Below, in pieces: positions 1 through 7,769 of a DNA stretch of 23,460 nucleotides (position 1 is its first letter; each line of letters begins with the position of its first letter). The stretch comes from Planctomycetota bacterium (GTDB lineage: Bacteria; Planctomycetota; GCA-002687715; DRQF01). The stretch covers positions 1 through 23,460 of the forward strand of contig JAZGFI010000039.1 in NCBI GenBank assembly GCA_036479435.1. The letters are read 5' to 3'. The notes below the pieces were generated by a model. The model was not told where the DNA came from. It worked only from the letters and a program-made list of their open reading frames with translations, and did no database searches. The position numbers and the translations under genes are program-made.

Positions 1-160
1 GACTCGGAAGCCTTCGGGCAAAGAGGCTCACGACGAGGGAACTCGGCGTGGGCCTCACTTACTTGAAGGCCAACAGCGGCCTCAAATAGCGCGATGCTGG
101 GAGCCTCAAGATGCGTGGGTGCTTACAGTACACCGAGTTACGGCAATCCCGGTTAGCAGC

Positions 161-189
161 TTGACAGGTCATTGAGATAGGGCGAGACG
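161..189 (+). promoter_or_regulatory. Candidate sigma70 promoter disrupted by the IS (TTGACA-N17-GAGAC[T])
   Basis: Perfect -35 TTGACA at 161-166 and a 17-nt spacer. In the reconstructed empty site the -10 position reads GAGACT (3/6 consensus, keeps A-11 and T-7). Confidence 0.4.
181..188 (+). repeat. Target-site duplication, left copy (GGCGAGAC)
   Basis: Identical to 1798-1805 and directly abuts the left TIR. Confidence 0.92.
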
Positions 190-1797
190 GGTGTGGTCCC
201 CACACTGAGCACGATTCGGATTATGCGGCAACGGCCCGAGCCTCCTGACACCGGCTACGAAAGAGAATGTTCATCGCGCCGTCCCAGCGGTCGCTCAGGG
301 CCAGCGCGCGTAGCTGCATGACGTGGTCTCCGGAGTCCTCTTTCCATCGCGAGCCCGCTCGCTTCATTCGCATCTGAACGAGAGTCTTGCAGGTAGCTTC
401 GACGTTTCCACTTCCGATGGGCAAGCCCCGTTTTCGAGCATCGGAGTAATTCATCCGGTCCGCATGGTTTTCCAAGTAGGTGATCGCGGCGCGGACGGGG
501 TCAGCTTCGTGGCCGGGCTGGAGTCCGGCATCGTCCCGAAGCGTCGCTAGGATCTCTGCTGCGGCGCGGGGTTTCGTCGCCAGCTTTTTGCGCCATTGAT
601 CGACGACTTTTTGGCCGTCAGTGCCGTAGAGTTCCTTCGCTGCGGCAGAGAGCTTTTCGATGAGGTGCCAAAAGTCGATGAGGGAGGTGCACTTCTTGCC
701 GATGCTGACGTCGTCGACCCCCGTCTCCAGCAGGCTCCACATGTCGTGAGCACCGTCGGCAAGCCGGACGACTGCGAGATCGGGACGCTGGCGTAGGATG
801 GCCAGCACATCACTGCCCAAAGCATCAGCTAGGCCCCACTCGTCGCCCTGCGGCATCCGACCGTAGCGGATGGTATGGATGGCCCTACCATCACCGTCGT
901 GAAGGGTCACCGTTGCGCAGTAGGCCATCCGGTATTGCCGCGTGATCGGGTTTTTCGGCGCGTTCTTCGCCGGCCGGCCCCTGGGCCTCGGGCGGGGCTC
1001 CTCCATGGGAATACTCACGCGGTCGATCGAGGCGCTCACGCTGCGAGCCTCGTCAGGTACGACGAATTCGCAGATCAGCTTTTCCTCGATCTCGACCCTC
1101 TGGCCGACGTAGATCTCGCCGACGGCATGGGGCACTCGCTCGAAGCTCGTGCGCGAGTAGGGGAGGCGACCGACCTGACAGGCCACGTTCGCTGCCTCTC
1201 GCGATGTCCCCAGCTGCAGCAGGTGCGTCATCGACTTCGCCGTGCCGGGCAACCAGCCGTCACCCACAGCACCGATCCTGATCGAGATCGCGTCGATGGT
1301 CGGGCCGTTCCGAACCCCCTTCTCTCGACAAAGCGGCCGCTCGATCCTCACGACCCCGGCCTGGGTCTTGTAGGACCCCATGGATCGACAAGCCTGACCG
1401 TAAACCTTGGCTCCGATACGGAGCGACTTGGTGTCGATCACAGCCGACGACAAAACTGCTTCATGGGCACCACGCTCGATGGCGCTCGAATGCTCGCGGA
1501 GCTCGTCTTCGATGCACAAGTAGTCCAGTGCATTACCGTTTCCAGCGGTCTTGCAGCGGACATCGACCGCCACAACCAGTTCGCCGATCGCCTCGGCTAA
1601 GGTCTTGTACTTTGCAGGAATTTCGACGAGGATTGGTGCAGACATGTGCTCCCTCCGATCACGTTTGTTTGTTGCTATCCGAACGATAACGGAGAGGAGC
1701 CCTTTTTTGTTCCAAATCCTTGGCAACGTAGCACTTGTGGCGATCGCAAGGATCCCCTTGCTAAATCAAACATATGCTCAGAACGGGATCCACACCC
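189..1797 (-). mobile_element. Complete ISKra4-family (Mutator-like, p-MULT) insertion sequence, 1609 bp
   Basis: Left end 189-211 GGGTGTGGTCCCCACACTGAGCA vs reverse complement of right end 1775-1797 GGGTGTGGATCCCGTTCTGAGCA (18/23 identical, GGG termini). Flanked by a perfect 8-bp direct repeat GGCGAGAC at 181-188 and 1798-1805. Encloses a single DDE transposase ORF. Confidence 0.93.
221..1645 (-). CDS. ISKra4-family DDE transposase (474 aa)
   Basis: Motifs SASIDRVSI (D), RLADGAHDMW (D), IDFWH and GLPIGSGNVEATCKTLVQMRMKRAGSRW (E) are typical of ISKra4/ISLre2-like transposases. ATG at 1645 is preceded by SD GGAGGGAG and is preferred over the ORF-track TTG at 1726. Confidence 0.9.
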   Translation of the reverse strand: MSAPILVEIPAKYKTLAEAIGELVVAVDVRCKTAGNGNALDYLCIEDELREHSSAIERGAHEAVLSSAVIDTKSLRIGAKVYGQACRSMGSYKTQAGVVRIERPLCREKGVRNGPTIDAISIRIGAVGDGWLPGTAKSMTHLLQLGTSREAANVACQVGRLPYSRTSFERVPHAVGEIYVGQRVEIEEKLICEFVVPDEARSVSASIDRVSIPMEEPRPRPRGRPAKNAPKNPITRQYRMAYCATVTLHDGDGRAIHTIRYGRMPQGDEWGLADALGSDVLAILRQRPDLAVVRLADGAHDMWSLLETGVDDVSIGKKCTSLIDFWHLIEKLSAAAKELYGTDGQKVVDQWRKKLATKPRAAAEILATLRDDAGLQPGHEADPVRAAITYLENHADRMNYSDARKRGLPIGSGNVEATCKTLVQMRMKRAGSRWKEDSGDHVMQLRALALSDRWDGAMNILFRSRCQEARAVAA

Positions 1798-1805
1798 GGC
1801 GAGAC
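1798..1805 (+). repeat. Target-site duplication, right copy (GGCGAGAC)
   Basis: Identical to 181-188 and directly abuts the right TIR. Confidence 0.92.
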
Positions 1806-1977
1806 TCCGACTCGGCACGCTCGGGACCCAAGTGACCGTTGATACCAGTGCTTTCGTCGGACGTTGGTGCCAAGTTGCTTGGAGCCTGTGGCGTTGGTCA
1901 TTCTGAAAAGGAGCGCCACGGTTTGTCAGCACAAGATGGGTTGACTCTTGAGCGCGGCAAAAACAAAGGGAGCTGAA

Positions 1978-3177
1978 ATGGATACGCCGTCGGAGCCGCT
2001 CCTCAAATCGGTCACACTGGAGGGATTCCTTTCGTTCGGAAATCAGCCAGCCGAGATCCAGCTTTCTTCATTAAACGTAATAATTGGGCCAAACGGATCG
2101 GGGAAGTCCAACTTCATCGAGGCGCTGTCAGTTATGCGAGCGGTGCCCCGAGATCTTCCGCTTCCGATCCGGCGTGGCGGAGGAGTGAAAGAATGGCTTT
2201 GGAACGGAGACGGCGAGGTCGACAATGCTCGCATTGAACTCGTGCTTTCCGAAGGCCATATAGCGCATGAAGCAGTTAGGTATCGCCTTGTTTTCGGGAG
2301 CGCGGGCGGGTCTTTTCAGGTCGTTGATGAGCGAATAGAGAATGCGCGCAGTACGGGCGCAAACCAGAAGCCATACTTCTACTTTGGATACGAGAATGGG
2401 CGTCCCACGCTCAACGTCAGCAAAGACGCCGACCAGTATCCAGGCCGTGAACTTCGCCGCGAAGACGTTGATCCGACACAGTCCATTCTCTCGCAGCGCA
2501 AGGACCCAGAAAGGTACCCAGAACTCGCCAAGTTGTCAGATGCTCTTGGCCAGATTCGCATTTACCGTAGCTGGCAGTTCGGTCCAGATGCACCATTTCG
2601 GATGGCATGCCGGGCCGATTAACGGACGGACTACCTGCTTGAGGACTTCAGCAACCTTCCAGCACGCCTCGCTGTTCTAAGGCGAGAACCGGCTCAGAAG
2701 AAAAGACTCATTGAACTTGTCAAAGAACTTGGCCCGGGATTCGAAGACTTCGAGGTGATTCCGGAGGGCGGCAGGCTGCAGCTCTACTTAACGGAATCCG
2801 GACGATCTTTCCCGGCCCATCGTCTCTCAGATGGATCGCTCCGGTACCTTTGTCTTCTGGCGATTCTACTCGATCCAGGGGCCGCGCGCCTCGTCGTGAT
2901 TGAAGAGCCTGAGCTTGGGTTGCATCCGGATATCTTGCCGACCCTTTGTGACTTGATGGTTGAAACGGCAAGCCGTTGCCAGCTCATCGTGACGACTCAT
3001 TCTACGCAGCTTGTAGATGCGATGACGGATCATGCAGATTCAGTGCTCGTTTGCGAAAAACCGCAAGGCAGTACGGTGATCTCACGCTTGTCCCAGGATG
3101 AGATTGCTCATTGGCGTGAACATGGTGGTCTTGGAAGCCTCTGGATGTCTGGAAACATTGGAGGGACCAGGTGGTGA
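1978..3177 (+). pseudogene. ABC-type (AAA_21/RecF-like) ATPase, 399 codons, interrupted by an in-frame TAA at 2620-2622
   Basis: Walker A GPNGSGKSN, signature LSDGSL, Walker B/D-loop VVIEEPELGLHP, H-loop VTTHS. ORFs 1948-2622 and 2755-3177 share a frame, and the sequence between them reads open (AD*RTDYLLEDFSNLPARLAVLRREPAQKKRLIELVKELGPGFEDFEV). SD AAGGGAG lies before ATG 1978. Confidence 0.88.
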
Positions 3178-3803
3178 CGCGCCGGCCTGAGAGGAAGCTC
3201 TTCGTTGAGGGCGGCGGCGATCATAACTCTGCGCTCAAGATTAAGTGTCGGAGGGGCTTCAGAAAGTTGCTTGAGAAGGCTGGGTTCGAGGGCAGAATGC
3301 CGTCCGTCATTTCCTGAGGAAATCGGAGAAATGCCTACGACCAGTTCCGCACTGCCCACCAAAATCGGCAAGATGGTGATGTTTTTGTTTTGCTTGTAGA
3401 TTCTGAGGCTGCGGTTGCCGAGAACTCTTGCCCATGGGAACACGTACTACAGCGTGACGGTGATGGATGGCAAATGCCGTCAGGTGCCACCTCAAGTCAG
3501 CTCCACTTCATGGTTCTTTGCATGGAGACATGGTTCTTGGCGGACCCGGAGGCGATGGAGGAGTTCTTTGGAAATGGATTTCGCAAAAAGGCCCTTTATC
3601 CTCTTGACGCCAATATTGAGAAATTGGCCAAGAAGGATCTGTACAGCAAGCTAAAAGCAGCGACCAAAGACTCGACGAGTGGCCCTTATGGAAAAGGAAG
3701 GCACTCATTCCAGTTGCTTGCCGAGTTGGATCCTACGCGCCTGCGGAATGCAAGCCCTTGGGCCGCTCGGTTCCTCGATGAACTTGACGAACTCTTGCCT
3801 TAG
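3174..3803 (+). pseudogene. DUF4276-family (TOPRIM-like putative nuclease) protein, interrupted by an in-frame TGA at 3315-3317
   Basis: GTG 3174 overlaps the ATPase stop (GTGA). Reads MTRRPERKLFVEGGGDHNSALKIKCRRGFRKLLEKAGFEGRMPSVIS*GNRRNAYDQF...VLLVDSE...MVLCMETWFLAD...YGKGRHS, in frame with ORF 3390-3803. The FVEG, VDSE and METWFLAD motifs match DUF4276. Confidence 0.82.
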
Positions 3804-4131
3804 GCTGATTCCTTGGCGCGAGTCGACTCCTCTGTTCTGGGTTCGAGGTAGGCAGATCGACAGCGAGGAATTTCACCGGTCAGCAATCTGAAGCTCGAGC
3901 GTTCCATGCGGTGTCGTAGGTCGGAGCCATAGATCGCCCCGCAATCGATCCGAATCACGGCCATGAATGTGTATCACTTGCAGGTCCCGCAGGTCCCGCA
4001 GGTCACTGAATTCAGGCATTGCGCGCTCCGATCGCTCAATCTTGGCCTGGCTGCGGCCGAAGGCCTTTCCTCCGGGCGCTTTTTGGCGGATCATCCCGAA
4101 AGCCAATCTTTTCGCGGATCTGGAGTGAGCC

Positions 4132-6807
4132 ATGAGTGCCCCCAAAGCCATTCGCCTGTCGGACTATTCGGCGCCGAACTACAGCGTTGATTCGATCGAG
4201 TTGACCTTCGAGCTTTTCGACGACAAGGCAGAGATCACCTCGCTGGTGAAGTATCGAAAGCGTCCGGACGCCAAGAGTGGCGAATTGCTGCTCTTCGGCG
4301 AGTTCGAGTCCTTGCAGACCTTGGAGATGGACGGGCGCACCCTCGACGAGTCGGATTGGGCGCGCGGCAAAGGCACGCTGACTTTGACGCCTAGGCAGCA
4401 GGAATTTGAGCTCAAGTGCCGTACTGAAATTCGGCCACACGAAAACAAAACCCTCATGGGGCTTTATCGCTCGGGTACAACCTACTGCACGCAATGCGAG
4501 GCTGAGGGCTTTCGGAAGATCACTTTTTTTCCGGATCGCCCGGATGTCATGACGACCTACCACACTCGCATTGAGGCGGACCAAAAGACTTGCCCCATCT
4601 TGTTGTCGAACGGCAATCTCATGGATTCCGGCGCCTTGGCCGATGGACGTCACTTCGCGGCGTGGGAAGATCCATTCCCCAAGCCCTCATATTTGTTTGC
4701 CCTGGTTGCCGGCGATCTCGCTCGCTTGGATGACCGTTTTCGGACCCAAAGTGGGCGCGATGTCGAGCTAAGGCTCTACGTCAATCACGGTGACGAAGAT
4801 CGCGGCGACCATGCCCTACAGTCGCTCAAAAAGTCGATGACCTGGGACGAAGAAACCTACGGTCGGGAATACGATCTTGACCTGTTCATGATCGTTGCCG
4901 TGCACGACTTCAACTTCGGCGCTATGGAGAACAAAGGGCTCAATATCTTCAACTCGGCCTTGGTCCTGGCCCGCCCCGAGACCGCGACCGACGGCGACTA
5001 CCAACGCATTGAAGGCGTGGTTGGACACGAGTACTTCCACAACTGGAGCGGCAACCGCGTCACCTGTCGCGACTGGTTTCAGCTGAGTCTCAAGGAGGGC
5101 TTCACTGTCTTCCGGGACCAGAGTTTTTCGGCGGATCTTAACTCAGCCGAAGTGCAACGCATCAACGACGTACGCGCACTCCGCGCCAGTCAGTTCACCG
5201 AGGATGCTGGCCCCACGGCTCACGCAGTTCGGCCCGCTTCGTACTTGACGATCGACAACTTCTATACCTCGACGATCTATGAGAAGGGCGCCGAGCTCAT
5301 TCGCATGATGCACACCATGATCGGGGCGAAGGCTTTTCGGGCGGGCAGCGATTTATACTTCAAGCGTCACGACGGACAGGCCGTCACGACGGATGATTTT
5401 GTCGCGGCTATGGAAGAAGCCTCTGGGTTCGACTTGGAGCAATTCAAACTTTGGTACTCGCAAGCCGGTACTCCCGTGGTGCGCGCCTTCGGCAACTATG
5501 ACGCAGCCGCCAAGACTTTCTCTTTGACGCTTGAGCAGCGTTTGAAGCCCACGCCCGGGCAAGACGTTAAAGAGCCGATGCACATCCCCGTCGCTTTGGG
5601 CTTACTGGATGCGAAGGGCAAAGACATGGAGTTCGGTGTGGAGAACCATGACGCGGCGTCCAAATCGGGCGACAAGATCACGGCCATCTTGCACCTGAAG
5701 AAAGCGCAACAGACCTATTTTCTGACGGGAGTCCGCGAAGCTCCGCGATTAAGTTTGTTACGTGGATTCTCCGCGCCCGTGCGTTTGGAGTTCGAGGAGA
5801 GCAATCAAGATCTTTGCCTTCGATTTGCTAGGGATGCCGATGGCTTTAACCGCTGGGAAGCGGGACAGCGGCTCGCCACGAAGACCATGCTCCGACTCGT
5901 GGGCGATCATCAAGCCGGCTCAGAGCTCGAAGTTAGCGCCGACGTCCTTGATGCCTTTGGCGCTTTGGCCGCCGACGAATCTTTAGATCCCGCCTTGGTC
6001 GCCGAAGCTCTGATCCTTCCCGGCGAATCTTGGGTTGGTGAACAAATGGACGAGGTCGATGTCGAGGCGGTGCACGCCGCTCGCGGCCATCTTCGCCGCG
6101 CCCTCGGCGAACGACATCAAGCGGCGTTTCTTGCGCTTTATCACCGCTTAGATCAGAAGGGCCCTTACAAAAAAGACGCGGCAGCGATGGGCCGCCGCAT
6201 GCTCAAGAACGTCTCTTTGGCTTACGTCGCGGCGGGTGGAAAAACTGATGCCTTCCGCCTCGCCGACGCCCAGTTTCGGGCCGCATCGAACATGACGGAC
6301 GAGATCAGCGCCTTGAGTATTCTGGCCAACGCCGCGATCCCCGGCGCGGAATTGCCTCAAGAAGTTGCGACTCTTCGAGACCAAGCTCTGGACGATTTCC
6401 GTAGCAAATGGAAAGACGACCCCCTGGTCATGAACAAATGGCTTGCGGTCGAAGCCGGTGCGGATCGTTCGGACTTATTGGCGCGCGCCAAGGACTTGGT
6501 TGCCGATTCAGTCTTTGATGAGAACAACCCCAACAAAGTTCGCGCCCTGTACGGCAGTTTCGCGCGCAACCTGATCCACTTTCACGATCGCAGCGGCGCG
6601 GGCTATCGTTTTTTGGTCGATCGCGTTTTGGAAACGGACTGCAAAAACCCGCAGCTGGCCGCAGGCCTGCTCCGCATTCTGAAGTCTTGGCGGCGCTATG
6701 ATCCCGCTCGTCGTGCCTTGATGCAGGCCGAGCTGGAACGAGTGATCGGAACCGATGGCTTGTCCAAAAACACCTTTGAGATTGCCTCGATGGTACTGGG
6801 ACGTTGA
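4132..6807 (+). CDS. pepN: Aminopeptidase N (M1 zinc metallopeptidase)
   Basis: GAMENKGLN, HEYFHNWSGNRVTCRDWFQLSLKE (HExxH-18-E), TQCEAEGFRKIT, NPNKVRAL. SD GGAG. Confidence 0.97.
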   Translation: MSAPKAIRLSDYSAPNYSVDSIELTFELFDDKAEITSLVKYRKRPDAKSGELLLFGEFESLQTLEMDGRTLDESDWARGKGTLTLTPRQQEFELKCRTEIRPHENKTLMGLYRSGTTYCTQCEAEGFRKITFFPDRPDVMTTYHTRIEADQKTCPILLSNGNLMDSGALADGRHFAAWEDPFPKPSYLFALVAGDLARLDDRFRTQSGRDVELRLYVNHGDEDRGDHALQSLKKSMTWDEETYGREYDLDLFMIVAVHDFNFGAMENKGLNIFNSALVLARPETATDGDYQRIEGVVGHEYFHNWSGNRVTCRDWFQLSLKEGFTVFRDQSFSADLNSAEVQRINDVRALRASQFTEDAGPTAHAVRPASYLTIDNFYTSTIYEKGAELIRMMHTMIGAKAFRAGSDLYFKRHDGQAVTTDDFVAAMEEASGFDLEQFKLWYSQAGTPVVRAFGNYDAAAKTFSLTLEQRLKPTPGQDVKEPMHIPVALGLLDAKGKDMEFGVENHDAASKSGDKITAILHLKKAQQTYFLTGVREAPRLSLLRGFSAPVRLEFEESNQDLCLRFARDADGFNRWEAGQRLATKTMLRLVGDHQAGSELEVSADVLDAFGALAADESLDPALVAEALILPGESWVGEQMDEVDVEAVHAARGHLRRALGERHQAAFLALYHRLDQKGPYKKDAAAMGRRMLKNVSLAYVAAGGKTDAFRLADAQFRAASNMTDEISALSILANAAIPGAELPQEVATLRDQALDDFRSKWKDDPLVMNKWLAVEAGADRSDLLARAKDLVADSVFDENNPNKVRALYGSFARNLIHFHDRSGAGYRFLVDRVLETDCKNPQLAAGLLRILKSWRRYDPARRALMQAELERVIGTDGLSKNTFEIASMVLGR

Positions 6808-7673
6808 AGGACGAACTGGCGCACCAAATCTGGCGCGGGAAGTCTGAGGGCTCCGCGAAAACCGTCGAGCATCGAGCCTGGTTCCTTCACGGCATCATGG
6901 GGTCTCAGCGCAATTGGCGCAGTTTTGCCAAGGCCATGGCCGAGGCGCACCCTCAATGGGAATGCGTCACGATCGATCTTCGCAATCACGGTGCATCGGG
7001 TCCGCGCACCGGGGCCAACACCCTAGAAGCTTGCGCCAAAGACCTGGCGGCGTTGGCCGAACGCATAGGTCCGCCGCGTTTCATTTCTGGCCATAGCTTT
7101 GGGGGCAAGGTCGCGCTTGAATATGCCACTCGGATACCAATGGGGCTCTGCGATCTCCTCGTCTTGGATTGTCCGCCCGGACTCAATCGAGTTGAGGTTA
7201 GTGATTCTGGCGAGGGCGAATTGGCCAAAGTCCTCGCGGCTTTGGACCAAATTCCTATCCCGATTGAGCGTCGCAGCCGGTCGATTGAGTTACTCCTAGA
7301 ACTCGGCCTGCCCCGCTCTTTGGCTAGCTGGATGTCGACTAACTTGGTGCGCAATCCAGATCCCGAAGGAAAGGGCTACGTTTGGGCCTTTGGCCTTTCA
7401 GAAATTAGGGAGATGATCGAGGACTATTGGGCATGCGACTATTTGCCTTTTCTTCGCGACTACGTCGAGTCAGGGTCCACTCCTTTTCAAATCACCTTTG
7501 TCCAGGCTGAAATGAGCGATCGTTGGTCTCAAGTCGAGGTCGAAGAACTCCGTGCGCTCGCGGGCCTTCCGGAATCGCCTATCGCCTGGAAGCAACTGTT
7601 GAGGGCAGGCCATTGGCTCCATGTCGATGAACCGGAGCAACTCGCCTCGCTTTTGGAGCCGCATTTTAGTTAG
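6804..7673 (+). CDS. Alpha/beta-fold hydrolase (YbfF/ABHD11-like esterase)
   Basis: FLHGIMGSQRNW oxyanion motif, DLRNHGAS, GHSFGGKVA nucleophile elbow, AGHWLHVDEP catalytic His. TTG start overlaps the pepN stop (TTGA), suggesting translational coupling. Confidence 0.88.
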   Translation: MKDELAHQIWRGKSEGSAKTVEHRAWFLHGIMGSQRNWRSFAKAMAEAHPQWECVTIDLRNHGASGPRTGANTLEACAKDLAALAERIGPPRFISGHSFGGKVALEYATRIPMGLCDLLVLDCPPGLNRVEVSDSGEGELAKVLAALDQIPIPIERRSRSIELLLELGLPRSLASWMSTNLVRNPDPEGKGYVWAFGLSEIREMIEDYWACDYLPFLRDYVESGSTPFQITFVQAEMSDRWSQVEVEELRALAGLPESPIAWKQLLRAGHWLHVDEPEQLASLLEPHFS

Positions 7674-7769
7674 CGGGCCGTTTTGGATGGAAAGTGCAGC
7701 CCCAGCGTACGTTGTGGACGTCGATAGGGGCGCTATGATGGCTCTGTACTCAGCGGGGGAAAACGCAGC

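Noticed and set aside
1..89. Open frame ending ...LKANSGLK* at 89, possibly the 3' end of an upstream gene
   Set aside because: Too little sequence to support or identify.
875..1600. 241-aa plus-strand ORF inside the IS
   Set aside because: Antisense shadow of the transposase in GC-rich DNA, with no motifs.
1978..3803. Genome-wide alternative genetic code explaining the in-frame stops
   Set aside because: TAA, TAG and TGA all terminate well-conserved genes at the expected positions elsewhere in the window (e.g. transposase TAA, aceE TAG, pepN TGA).
3980..4004. Tandem 9-mer GCAGGTCCC x2.8 in the intergenic gap
   Set aside because: Too short, no spacers and no cas genes, so not a CRISPR array. 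Probably a slippage duplication.
3800..4151. Small minus-strand ORFs (3873-4151; 54-aa ORF 3800-3964)
   Set aside because: No recognisable motif or SD, and the longer one overlaps the pepN start.
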